NCBI GenBank assembly: GCA_963668625.2
Contig: CAXXKA010000005.1
Span: 160,001 to 224,000 of the forward strand
Length of the DNA stretch: 64,000 nucleotides
Origin: an uncultured candidate division Zixibacteria bacterium
GTDB taxonomy: Bacteria > Zixibacteria > MSB-5A5 > UBA10806 > 4484-95
Direction of reading: 5' to 3'
The notes beneath the pieces are model-generated. The model was given only the letters and a program-made list of their open reading frames with translations. It was not told the origin of the DNA and searched no databases. Below, one piece after another: positions 51,476-61,053 of the stretch; position 1 is the first letter of the stretch; every line of letters begins with the position of its first letter. Both the position numbers and the translations under genes were made by a program.

Positions 51476-53947
51476 ATGAAAACTCAGTACTACCCATTCG
51501 ATGAGATAGAGGCTAAATGGCAGCAAATATGGCAGGATACGAAACTCTATACTACTGATCTTAGCGATACTGAAAAAAAGCTTTATGTATTGGTGATGTT
51601 TCCCTACCCATCCGGAGCAAAAATGCATGTAGGGCAGTGGTACAATTACGGCCCCACCGATACCTGGGCGCGCCTGAAAAGGATGCAGGGATTTAATGTA
51701 TTCTATCCAATCGGTTATGATGCTTTCGGATTGCCGGCTGAAAATTTCGCCATAAAAAATAACGTTCACCCGGCTATCTGCACCAAGGAAAATATCGAGT
51801 TTTTCCGCAAGCAGTTTCAGCAAATCGGCTCGACTATCGATTGGAATTCCGAGTTCGCCACCTCCGATCCATCATACTATAAATGGACTCAGTGGATATT
51901 CCTTAAGCTCTACGAGAAAGGCCTGGCCTATCGCAAGAAAGCGCCGGTCAACTGGTGCCCGGAATGCCATACCGTTCTGGCAAATGAGCAGGTAATCGAG
52001 GGCAAATGCGAGCGCTGCGACAGCGATGTCACCAAGAAAGACCTCGAGCAGTGGTTTTTTAAAATCACACGATACGCCGACAGGCTGTTGGAAAATCACA
52101 AGAAAGTCGATTGGCAATCTAAAACAATTTCGATGCAGAAAAACTGGATCGGCCGCTCCGAGGGGTCCGAGATAATATTCAAAGAGGAAAAAACAGGGGA
52201 GAGTATCCCGATTTTCACCACCCGCGCCGATACCCTGTTCGGTGTCACCTATATGGTGCTCGCGCCGGAGCATCCGCTGGTTGATAAAATAGCAACGCCG
52301 GAGAATCTGTATAGTGTCCATAATTATCAGGAGCAAGCGAAGAAAGCCTCCGAGATCGACCGCATGTCGACCGTGCGTGAGAAATCCGGGGTATTCACCG
52401 GCGCATACTGTATCAACCCGATAAACGGTGACCGTGTACCTATCTGGATTGCCGACTATGTACTGGTATCATATGGTACAGGCGCTGTCATGGCCGTTCC
52501 CGGACATGATCAGCGCGACTACGAGTTCGCCACCAAATTCAATATTCCGATCAAATCGGTAATCGCTCCCAAAGGAAAAACCGAGGTCGATATCTCCGAG
52601 CAATCGTACGAGGAGTATGGGGTGATGATAAACTCCGATGAATTCGATGGCGTATCCTCCAGTGATGGCAAAGTGCAAGTTACCGAGAAACTCGCTAAAC
52701 AGGGCCTGGGCAAGCTTACAATCAACTACCGTCTACGCGACTGGTTAATCTCCCGTCAGAGATACTGGGGCGCACCCATTCCGATCATATTCTGCCCCAA
52801 ATGCGGCGAGGTGCCGGTACCTGATTCTGATTTGCCCGTGCTGTTGCCTGAGATAGATAATTTCCGGCCTACCGAGGAGGGCGAATCGCCGTTGGCGCGT
52901 TCTAAAGAGTTCCTCAATGTCAAATGCCCCAAATGTGGACAAGAGGCGAAACGCTCAACCGAAACTATGGACACATTCGTGGATTCATCCTGGTATTTCC
53001 TGCGCTATTTTAATCCCGGCGATACCGAGAAACCATTCGATAAGGCCATGCTCGACAAATGGGCGCCTATTGATTTCTACGTAGGCGGGGCAGAGCACGC
53101 GGTAACACATCTGATATACGCACGTTTTATCACCATGTGTCTTTATGACATGGGGTATCTCTCATTCGAGGAACCGTTTTCGAAAGTCCGTCACCAGGGT
53201 ATAATTACCAGTCAAGGCGCTAAAATATCGAAATCGAAAGGCAATGTTATTAATCCTGATGATTTCATTGTCGATTATGGCTCTGATACTTTCCGCATTT
53301 ATCTCATGTTCATGGGGTCGTACCTGGATGGGGGAGACTGGGATGATTCCGGGATTACCGGTGTGGCCCGATTCCTGGGGCGTGTCTATCGATTGTTGGA
53401 AAAGCATTTAAAAGGAATAAAAAACGCTTCAAAACTGAATTATTCGAATATCAAGAGCGAGGATTCCGAACTTCGATATTATCTGAATCATTCGATCAAA
53501 AAAGTTGGCGAGGATATCGAGAATCTCGATTATAACACGGCTGTTGCGGCTATGATGGAGTTTTTAAACGTGTTGAGCAAACGTTCGGAAAGCGACGATA
53601 ACTCTGACCTTTTCAATTACTCGTTGTACCGTTACATTCAGATTCTTGCGCCATTAGCGCCACATTTCTCCGAGGAGTTTTGGCACAGAATCGGTAATAA
53701 AAGCTCGATTTTCAAAAGCGACTGGCCGGGTTACGATCCTGAGGCGCTTGTAACCAGCACGATCACAATGGTAGCCCAGGTTAATGGCAAGTTGCGCGGC
53801 TCATTCGAGGTTGCCAAGGATATCACTAAGGATGATTTCTTAGCGTTGATAAAAGGTGATGATAAAGTCAGCCATTATATTCAGGGCAAGAAAATCGTAA
53901 AAGAGATATTTATCCCAGGTAAGCTTGCTAATATTGTGGTGAAATAA
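51476..53947 (+). CDS. leuS: Leucyl-tRNA synthetase
   Basis: MFPYPSG, DAFGLPAEN, CP1 motif GTGAVMAVPGHDQRD, SRQRYWG, KISKS and QVNGK. Confidence 0.97.
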   Translation: MKTQYYPFDEIEAKWQQIWQDTKLYTTDLSDTEKKLYVLVMFPYPSGAKMHVGQWYNYGPTDTWARLKRMQGFNVFYPIGYDAFGLPAENFAIKNNVHPAICTKENIEFFRKQFQQIGSTIDWNSEFATSDPSYYKWTQWIFLKLYEKGLAYRKKAPVNWCPECHTVLANEQVIEGKCERCDSDVTKKDLEQWFFKITRYADRLLENHKKVDWQSKTISMQKNWIGRSEGSEIIFKEEKTGESIPIFTTRADTLFGVTYMVLAPEHPLVDKIATPENLYSVHNYQEQAKKASEIDRMSTVREKSGVFTGAYCINPINGDRVPIWIADYVLVSYGTGAVMAVPGHDQRDYEFATKFNIPIKSVIAPKGKTEVDISEQSYEEYGVMINSDEFDGVSSSDGKVQVTEKLAKQGLGKLTINYRLRDWLISRQRYWGAPIPIIFCPKCGEVPVPDSDLPVLLPEIDNFRPTEEGESPLARSKEFLNVKCPKCGQEAKRSTETMDTFVDSSWYFLRYFNPGDTEKPFDKAMLDKWAPIDFYVGGAEHAVTHLIYARFITMCLYDMGYLSFEEPFSKVRHQGIITSQGAKISKSKGNVINPDDFIVDYGSDTFRIYLMFMGSYLDGGDWDDSGITGVARFLGRVYRLLEKHLKGIKNASKLNYSNIKSEDSELRYYLNHSIKKVGEDIENLDYNTAVAAMMEFLNVLSKRSESDDNSDLFNYSLYRYIQILAPLAPHFSEEFWHRIGNKSSIFKSDWPGYDPEALVTSTITMVAQVNGKLRGSFEVAKDITKDDFLALIKGDDKVSHYIQGKKIVKEIFIPGKLANIVVK

Positions 53948-53971
53948 GCATTAACGAGATAGTTCGTGAAT

Positions 53972-54005
53972 AAAAAACGCTAGATCTAGTTATCCAGCGT
54001 TTTTT
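53972..54005 (+). terminator. Intrinsic terminator after leuS (possibly bidirectional)
   Basis: AAAAAACGCT...AGCGTTTTTT. Confidence 0.75.
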
Positions 54006-54078
54006 CCCCTGCATGAATAAAGCAGGAAGTAAAAAATTCCTTCTTGCTTAGTGAGTTTTTCTATAGGGGGGTGGATCA

Positions 54079-54222
54079 TTGAAAGGAGTTTTTAAGCGCA
54101 GGCTTAAAAACGACCGTATTGAGGCGATAATCTCCAGAAAACCAATGAGATGTATTGGATTCATTATGTATTCTTACCAAATATTTTTAGTAGGATACAT
54201 AATATATCTTATAGGTCGTTAA
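54079..54222 (+). CDS. Candidate 47-aa small membrane protein (below the ORF-track cutoff)
   Basis: GGGGGTGG RBS, TTG start, MKGVFKRRLKNDRIEAIISRKPMRCIGFIMYSYQIFLVGYIIYLIGR*. Confidence 0.4.
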   Translation: MKGVFKRRLKNDRIEAIISRKPMRCIGFIMYSYQIFLVGYIIYLIGR

Positions 54223-54235
54223 TGATTGCGTTTTT

Positions 54236-56341
54236 TTACGCTGTCCAAAACAGCGAAAACGCCAGATCCGGCCTTATCGGAATCGTGTCAACGGTCGGCC
54301 AACGCTCGATCTCTTTCTCATCCTCGAATACGCTGATTACCACCGAGGATAATTCACCCTCCATGCCTTTCGAATAAATGCCAACCTCCAGGATACGATC
54401 AGCTCCCCATTCGAGGAATTCAATTTCGCTATTGGCTTTCATCAAACCATCTTTGAATACTATCTCGAATGTATCGGGCCGGGTGAATGTGAACTTGATC
54501 GTAAGCCGTGATAATTCAGTACCAATCTCCGGGTCTAGACGGAAATACACTTTATCACGTTTACCATAGCCATAATAAATCGCACTGATACGCCTGTCGG
54601 CTTTGTGCATCGTAGAACCGGCTTTCTTGCAGTCGAAAAAGCCGGCGCTGGCCCATTCGTAATAGTGTGTAATTTTGCCATCAAGAGTTGGTTTGATAAA
54701 ATCAACCGGCTCCAGAAGATGCGATCTGATATAGTCGATCCTGATTGGTTTGTACAACTCAGGCGGAATATCCACACCTAAAAGCTTGTAAACATTTATC
54801 AGATGTGAACGGTACAATTGATCGAATTTATCATTATCCGGGCTGCTATGCTCATCGCCGAACCACCAGCACCAATCCGAACCCTCGGCTATATAGATTT
54901 CTTTCTGAGCCAGTCTGAGGTTTTCCTCCGAGATTTTATCAGTGCCAATGAATTGTTCGTATACCTGACGGGCATTATGCAGAAGATCCCAGGCTTTGTT
55001 ATCCTCCTGATGTCCAATCCAGACACCGAAATCGTGATTTATCCAGCTACCCGGGTGAAGATGCTTTAACGGCGCTATATAGCTCTCCCCTGTTAACATC
55101 TCCGAAAATGTCGCTGTTTTAATATTGGGATGCTCTGATAATTTCGCGTACAGGGCGTTTAAAAACTCATGGCCATCCCCGGGAAAATACTCCCAGGCGT
55201 TTTCGCCATCCAAAGCGATACATACCATGCATTCGGAATCGTTATTATTACTGTAATGCGAATCGATCGCCTCGAGTTTGCCAATAAAATCGCTGGCTGC
55301 CAGCTTTGGGTCCTGGCGGGAGTATACGAAACCTATCAGGTCGGACATAGCGTGATCGCGGAAAAACATATTTATAGAGGATCCATTCACCTGAAGGTTG
55401 TACGGTCGGTAAAGCTCACCCGAGGAAATTATCGAATCATCTCCCCCGCCGCGCACGCCGCGACCAAGGCTAATCGAAAGTATCTCCTCATCGGTGGCAA
55501 TCCATTTTATACCGGCCTCGGCCAGAATCGGGATTATCTGCTCGGCAACCGAGCCCTCGGAAGGCCACATTCCGGAGGGTTTGTAACCGAATTTACTCTC
55601 GAAATAATCAAGCGCCATTTTTATTTGCGCCTCAGCGTCCTCTGGATGGTTGAATCGGTATTCGGGCAGTGATATATGCGGCACCGATTCGCGGGCTATT
55701 TCAGTATCGTACACCAGCGGTAATATAGGATGAAAATACGGTGTAACCGAAAGCTCAATCTGTCCCCGCTCTGCCACCTCTCTGTATTTAGGAATTATCC
55801 GCCCCATGACATCCTGCTGGAATTTTAACAGGGCGCGTTTGTCATCCTCGGTGAAACCTTTCTCTTTCGCTAACAATCCCTCAATCGGGGATTCATCGTG
55901 AAATATAGGATCGATCCAGACTAAGTTCGACCATACCTGAAGGTCGAGCCAATCCTGCTTTTTAAACAGATTCAAGGCGCTGTCTTTGCTCATGAACAAC
56001 TCGTAATAACGTGGGAATGGTTTGACCATAGTCTCGATATTGGCTTTGAAAAAATTCGCCAGTATGCCCGATTTATCATCATCGGTTAAACTGCCGGCCT
56101 CTTTGCGCGAAAGCTCCAGATGAGTATCCAGGGCCTCTCCCCCGGCATATTCCTCTATCTGTTCGAGAAGCGAGGGAACAAGATTGAATGTCTGTTTGAT
56201 TTCGGGAAATTTATCGAGAATGGCCACCATATCGTAATAATCTTTTGTGCCGTGGAGCCTTACCCAGGGCATCTCATAGCGGCCGGTGACCAGGTCTTTG
56301 TAGAACGGTTGATGCATATGCCAGAGGATGCAAAGTTTCAT
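54236..56341 (-). CDS. Glycoside hydrolase family 57 (amylopullulanase/alpha-amylase-like)
   Basis: WHMHQP, PYFHPILPL, GMWPSEG, LDGENAWE and AEGSDWCWW motifs. Confidence 0.93.
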   Translation of the reverse strand: MKLCILWHMHQPFYKDLVTGRYEMPWVRLHGTKDYYDMVAILDKFPEIKQTFNLVPSLLEQIEEYAGGEALDTHLELSRKEAGSLTDDDKSGILANFFKANIETMVKPFPRYYELFMSKDSALNLFKKQDWLDLQVWSNLVWIDPIFHDESPIEGLLAKEKGFTEDDKRALLKFQQDVMGRIIPKYREVAERGQIELSVTPYFHPILPLVYDTEIARESVPHISLPEYRFNHPEDAEAQIKMALDYFESKFGYKPSGMWPSEGSVAEQIIPILAEAGIKWIATDEEILSISLGRGVRGGGDDSIISSGELYRPYNLQVNGSSINMFFRDHAMSDLIGFVYSRQDPKLAASDFIGKLEAIDSHYSNNNDSECMVCIALDGENAWEYFPGDGHEFLNALYAKLSEHPNIKTATFSEMLTGESYIAPLKHLHPGSWINHDFGVWIGHQEDNKAWDLLHNARQVYEQFIGTDKISEENLRLAQKEIYIAEGSDWCWWFGDEHSSPDNDKFDQLYRSHLINVYKLLGVDIPPELYKPIRIDYIRSHLLEPVDFIKPTLDGKITHYYEWASAGFFDCKKAGSTMHKADRRISAIYYGYGKRDKVYFRLDPEIGTELSRLTIKFTFTRPDTFEIVFKDGLMKANSEIEFLEWGADRILEVGIYSKGMEGELSSVVISVFEDEKEIERWPTVDTIPIRPDLAFSLFWTA

Positions 56342-56470
56342 TAACTTCTCCGGTTAAACAGGTTGACGATATCGACTTATAATTACTATCGTCAGTTTAG
56401 GCTAATTTCAATACTTATCATGCATTTTATCTTTTTTCAAGTGATTTATAAGAAACAAAATTGACTTTGA

Positions 56471-56629
56471 GGCGCATTTCTTTCGGTTAATGTTTTCAAC
56501 GTATCAGGCCAGAAAGTAACGGCGCTCGTTGATGAGAACCAGGATGCTGGTTATTATCAGAAGAAGTCTTTCCCGCTCATTGAATATCAAGCCGGTGGAA
56601 TGGCATCTGACGGTTTTATAATTATCTGA
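56471..56629 (+). pseudogene. Orphan, decayed fragment of a C-terminal sorting domain
   Basis: Translates as VNVFNVSGQKVTALVDENQDAGYYQ...GGMASDG, similar to IYDILGRKVNSLVSDMLPAGEHQ of intact CTDs; no start codon and a stop immediately upstream. Confidence 0.6.
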
Positions 56630-56658
56630 TACCGGAAACGCAAACTACCACCAGCCAC

Positions 56659-56684
56659 AAAAAAGCCCCGCATCAGCAGGGCTT
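56659..56684 (-). terminator. Intrinsic terminator
   Basis: A6-GCCC...GGGCTT after the TPR gene. Confidence 0.6.
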
Positions 56685-56717
56685 CCAAAATTTTATCGAA
56701 TGAAATATCGCTACAAT

Positions 56718-57398
56718 CTAATTACCGGCGGCGTACTCTACCTCGGCCTGTAGTTTCTTGGCCAGCGAGGTGTGTTGTGAACGCGGGTAGTTATCGATGA
56801 CAGCCTGATAGGCGGCATTAGCCTCGGTCATCATCCCGGCCTCCCGGTATACCCGTCCCGCCGACATGTAATAGCCCGGTGAGGCGAATTCGCTGTCTGC
56901 GGCCTGGCCGGCTTTCATGAAATAATCGGCGGTTTTCGGTAAATCACCTGAAGCCTCGTAACATTCCGCCGCGCCAGCATAAGCCGCGCCAAGTAACAGA
57001 GGCTCATTACCGTACTCGTTGATATATTTTTCGTAATAAACTAAGGCGCTGTCTTGCTCCTGACGATCGTAATATGTCCTGGCCAGGTAGTAACAGCCTC
57101 TATCGGCGATCGGAGCCGATCCGTATTGCTCAAGCAGGCTACGGTAGTCGTTTATAGCCAGTGATTGTTGCCCCATTGCCGAGGCTAACTGTGCCTTGCC
57201 GAATAGATTTTCAGCCTCGAGTACTTTTTTATCGGCGGAATAGTTGAAAAACGAGATAATCAAAATGATGGCGATCAGTCCGGCGAAGCCGCCTAAGAAT
57301 AATGTTCTATTTTTCTGGATGTATTCGGATGCTTTAAAAGCGCTGGTGATAAAGTTATCTTGCTTTATCTGTTTTTTAGATAGTCTCTCTGGGCTCAC
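56718..57398 (-). CDS. Membrane-anchored TPR protein (YfgM-like)
   Basis: N-terminal KQDNF plus a single TM helix, followed by TPR helices. Confidence 0.8.
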   Translation of the reverse strand: MSPERLSKKQIKQDNFITSAFKASEYIQKNRTLFLGGFAGLIAIILIISFFNYSADKKVLEAENLFGKAQLASAMGQQSLAINDYRSLLEQYGSAPIADRGCYYLARTYYDRQEQDSALVYYEKYINEYGNEPLLLGAAYAGAAECYEASGDLPKTADYFMKAGQAADSEFASPGYYMSAGRVYREAGMMTEANAAYQAVIDNYPRSQHTSLAKKLQAEVEYAAGN

Positions 57399-57474
57399 AG
57401 TTCCTCCTTATCAAGGCCTTCAATCTATATATATATAGAAGGTTTGGCAAGGTGTTTTTAATCATATTTTCGGC

Positions 57475-57511
57475 AAAAAAAAGCGAAGCGTTATAATTCG
57501 CTCCGCTTTTT
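57475..57511. terminator. Intrinsic terminator (bidirectional-looking)
   Basis: A-run, AAGCGAAGCG...CGCTCCGCTT stem, T-run. Confidence 0.65.
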
Positions 57512-57533
57512 AAGTCTTTAATTGACAATAATC

Positions 57534-58955
57534 TTACGGCTGGAATTGGAAAGCGTGTATACCTAAATGTTTGTCGCCGAGATATATCATCAGAACATTG
57601 TCATCGGTTTCATCAAGATCGATATCGATGGTTCGGAATCCAGCCGCTATACCGGCCGCACCGCCGCGGGTTTCCCTACTGGTAACCACCTCGGTAGCCT
57701 GTGGATCCGTAACATTGACGATTTGGAGTCCACCATTCCAGTAATCGGCAACGAACGCATGAGTTGTTTGAGTATCTGAATCATATAGCGCACAGACATC
57801 AAGAGCGAATCCCGGCAATGCAGTCGTGCTAATAAATGTAGGACTGGTAGGTGATGACAGATTAAGAAGAGTCAACCCCGCCTCGCCATCGGCTACATAA
57901 ATAATATCTTCGTAAATAAAGATACCATTCGGTGAACCGGTTGTGGTAATCGTATTAGCAAGTGTGGGATTGAGGGGATCGGTTAAATCGATGATTTTGA
58001 TTCCTAAAAGCGAGTCGGCCAGATAGGCATAATCACCCTCTATATACATATCTCTAACAGAACCGCCCTCGTACATGAATGTAGAGGCTGCTGCGATATA
58101 TAAAGAATCACTGGTATCTACGACATAAATACCGGATGAATCGATGGTTGAACCGGCGTCGGAAATACCGGCTAAAATCACATATTCTCCGTATATACCA
58201 ACTGCTCTGCTTTCGATATCAGCTTCAAACCTCGATACAGTATCTCCTGTAGCGGAGTCTGAATACATGAAAGGTTCCGCTGGATTGGAAACATCATACA
58301 TACGCATCGCCTCACCGTTGGCCGTATAAGCTCTACCGTTAGCCACGGTGACATCATAGTTATACGAACCATCGCCAAGTATAGCGCCAACCGAATCGAT
58401 TCTCACACCCACTCTGGCCGTATCCGTAACATCGAAAATTCGTAATCCCTGATTATCATCGGCCAGATATATCAGGTTATCATCTGTAAGAAACATTTTT
58501 AAAGCAATATGTGTGTCATAATCATCGATATAATAAAGATTGCCGGTAGTGAAAGTCCAGGTCGGGCTTGTTACCGTGTGCCCTGCGCTGTCATCAGCAA
58601 CAACATACCAGTAGTAAGTAGTTTTGAAATCCAGGCGTGGGGGATTATACAGGTACGTATTTACGGTATCCACGACAGGCGGATCAGTTGATGTACCCAG
58701 ATGGACCTCATATGTAAGCGCATCATCGTCAGGATCGACACATAGCCATTCGAGGCGAACGCCTACATCCTGGTTAATCGCACCGCTATCGGGAACGGCA
58801 ACTGTCGGTACTGGCGGAGCCTCGTTCGGCGAGGTAATATCATCATCATCATCGCAGCCAACAAGAATTAACATTGCCATTAAACTTAGAAACAGTAATT
58901 TTGCCCCCGTTGAAAAGAAGCTATCAGAGATTAAGCTCATTCTCAAGCGTATCAA
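57534..58955 (-). CDS. Lipoprotein with fibronectin-III-like domain and LVIVD repeats
   Basis: LVGC lipobox; DPDDDALTYEVHLG...TYYWYVVA..WTFTT; repeated AYLAD..GIKIID. Confidence 0.82.
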   Translation of the reverse strand: MIRLRMSLISDSFFSTGAKLLFLSLMAMLILVGCDDDDDITSPNEAPPVPTVAVPDSGAINQDVGVRLEWLCVDPDDDALTYEVHLGTSTDPPVVDTVNTYLYNPPRLDFKTTYYWYVVADDSAGHTVTSPTWTFTTGNLYYIDDYDTHIALKMFLTDDNLIYLADDNQGLRIFDVTDTARVGVRIDSVGAILGDGSYNYDVTVANGRAYTANGEAMRMYDVSNPAEPFMYSDSATGDTVSRFEADIESRAVGIYGEYVILAGISDAGSTIDSSGIYVVDTSDSLYIAAASTFMYEGGSVRDMYIEGDYAYLADSLLGIKIIDLTDPLNPTLANTITTTGSPNGIFIYEDIIYVADGEAGLTLLNLSSPTSPTFISTTALPGFALDVCALYDSDTQTTHAFVADYWNGGLQIVNVTDPQATEVVTSRETRGGAAGIAAGFRTIDIDLDETDDNVLMIYLGDKHLGIHAFQFQP

Positions 58956-59427
58956 TTCGACCTCCTGCTTTATTAGAAATTATCAAATACCCAGCTAAAA
59001 TACTATTATGCCTCTAACTGATATAGCTAAAAGCAAATGCAACGAATTATAACGTTCAGCTTTCTAGCAGTCAAGAGAATTCTGATGGAGTATCATCAGC
59101 CGCGAAAAGTATTATTATACTTAACAAGCAAGGGTATAATAACCGCTCGAACATCCCGCCCTATAAATAAACTCGTAAAGAAAATCGAGAGGATATGACG
59201 CCTTATCTGGATCGCGCTTTGATCATCTCCGGTATACCGGTATTATCTCGTGATAGCCGGTTGGACGAATAATAACTATATAAAAAAGCCGAAGAATACC
59301 TCCGGCTAAATAAGCAAGAATACTTTATTAAAAGGAATATAATTATTCCTGATAAGCCTCTATATTGTTTTATTAATCATCATCCTGTCAACCCTCCATC
59401 CGTACGGCGACAGGCCGTCAAAAGCTA

Positions 59428-59523
59428 CTACTTATTTTTCTTTTTATGACGGTTTTTACGCAGTCGTTTTTTACGCTTGTGAGTTTTGATTTTGTGACGC
59501 TTTTTCTTCTTACCACTCGGCAT
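59428..59523 (-). CDS. Small basic ribosomal protein bS22 / mS38 (AURKAIP1-COX24 domain)
   Basis: Hand translation gives MPSGKKKKRHKIKTHKRKKRLRKNRHKKKNK*; directly downstream of HU; absent from the ORF track. Confidence 0.88.
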   Translation of the reverse strand: MPSGKKKKRHKIKTHKRKKRLRKNRHKKKNK

Positions 59524-59530
59524 ACAACAA

Positions 59531-59824
59531 CTAAATCCTATTCGCTTCTGAATTCATCACTAAGTTTTTGAATTCGTTAGATGGTTTAAAAACCGGTATT
59601 TTCCTATCCGGAACCGGGACTTCTTCGCCCGTTCTTGGATTACGAGCTTTTCTTGCTTTTCTTGGTTTGATCTTAAAAGTGCCAAAACCTCTAATTTCAA
59701 TATTCTTACCCGATTCTAGACTTTTCTTGATAGCATCAAGCATGCTATCAACTGCTGCCGCAACATCAGTTCTGGTAAGGCCGGTTTTTTCAGCAACCTG
59801 TTCGACCAGGTCCGCCTTTGTCAT
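59531..59824 (-). CDS. HU/IHF-family DNA-binding protein
   Basis: MTKADLV, IRGFGTF and ARNPRTGE motifs. Confidence 0.95.
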   Translation of the reverse strand: MTKADLVEQVAEKTGLTRTDVAAAVDSMLDAIKKSLESGKNIEIRGFGTFKIKPRKARKARNPRTGEEVPVPDRKIPVFKPSNEFKNLVMNSEANRI

Positions 59825-59852
59825 AACCCTCTCCTCCTATTTTAAACAGTTA

Positions 59853-60095
59853 TCATTTACCTACTGTCAGGGATGCGCAGCCGGCGCAATTGGTCTTGGT
59901 GCAACCGCTACATGAAGATGGTCCGGCCGATGAAACAAAGCCTTTAGAAGAAGTAAAGCCACACACGGACATCTTCCTCTCTATATCCCTACTACTACAT
60001 GTCGGACAGCTAATGCTTTGCTCACCCCTCACCAATTCCTCAAATGTGTTATTGCAACTCTGGCATCTAAATTCGTATATCGGCATAAGATACAA
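59853..60095 (-). CDS. FmdB-family zinc-ribbon protein
   Basis: MPIYEFRCQSC...CPTCSS, with a Cys-rich tail. Confidence 0.85.
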   Translation of the reverse strand: MYLMPIYEFRCQSCNNTFEELVRGEQSISCPTCSSRDIERKMSVCGFTSSKGFVSSAGPSSCSGCTKTNCAGCASLTVGK

Positions 60096-60103
60096 TTACT
60101 CAA

Positions 60104-61000
60104 TCATTTATAAATATATTCCAGTCTCGGTTCAACACTTTTCTTAACATTACCGTACAAATCTGCAAACAAAGTCTGGGCAATATAGTCCATAACAGTA
60201 GGTTTTCGAGGAATTTCCCTGACTATATCAGGATCCTCACCCAAACCGGCCATTTCTCCGGCTACCGAAATGGCATCCTCTAAACCGCCAAGACGATCCA
60301 CTAAACCGAGGGAGAGCGCTTGGTTACCCGTAAATATCGAACCATCAGCAAGTTCCTCAACCTGCACCACATCCATATTACGGCCGTTGGCGACCGCTAA
60401 TATGAATTGGTCATGGGCATCATTAAGGGTTGCCTGAAGCATCTCTCGTTCCTTTTGTGTTAGTTCGCGGCTGTAATTCCCCACATCTTTCAATTCGCCG
60501 GCCTTAATGACCTCAAGTTGAACGCCTATTTTATCCATAAGGCCCTCAAAAGTCAAGTAAGAAAGAATAACGCCTATCGAGCCAACCAGTGTACCTTTGT
60601 TTGATATAATCGTATCACAGGCGCTGGCAATATAATACCCTCCCGAGGCGGCAACAGAGGCAAGTGAGGCAACAACATAAGTCCCCTCATCTCTAACCTT
60701 ATTTATATAGTTATATATCTCCTCGGCAGGGGCGGCCGCGCCGCCTGGTGAATCGATACGCACGACGATTGCCGGAACTCTTTCATCCTCACCATATTTG
60801 CGGAGCTGTCTAATGATATCCTCGGACCCGTAAATTACACCCTCAACTTTAACGATAGCTACTCTTTCACCATGAGGAATGAATGCAAAATCCTTATTGG
60901 ATGACGTCAACCCCCAGATAGAAAATGCTATCAAAAACAGGAATATAAGTACGATTCCGCTGATTACCAGCCCTACTAAAATGTTACGAGTTCTAGCCAT
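60104..61000 (-). CDS. sppA: Signal peptide peptidase SppA (36K type)
   Basis: RIDSPGG, AASGGYYIA and GSIGV motifs. Confidence 0.93.
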   Translation of the reverse strand: MARTRNILVGLVISGIVLIFLFLIAFSIWGLTSSNKDFAFIPHGERVAIVKVEGVIYGSEDIIRQLRKYGEDERVPAIVVRIDSPGGAAAPAEEIYNYINKVRDEGTYVVASLASVAASGGYYIASACDTIISNKGTLVGSIGVILSYLTFEGLMDKIGVQLEVIKAGELKDVGNYSRELTQKEREMLQATLNDAHDQFILAVANGRNMDVVQVEELADGSIFTGNQALSLGLVDRLGGLEDAISVAGEMAGLGEDPDIVREIPRKPTVMDYIAQTLFADLYGNVKKSVEPRLEYIYK

Positions 61001-61053
61001 ATTCGCGGGTAAATGTATGAGAATGAATTGCTAATGTCAATTCTTTTCTAAAC

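Noticed and set aside
54150-54377. 75-aa plus-strand ORF from the track
   Set aside because: It runs antisense into the GH57 3' end; the 47-aa ORF in another frame has a better RBS and fits the gap.
59194-59271. 25-aa ORF MTPYLDRALIISGIPVLSRDSRLDE
   Set aside because: The RBS-like GAGG is only 2 nt from the ATG and there is no motif.
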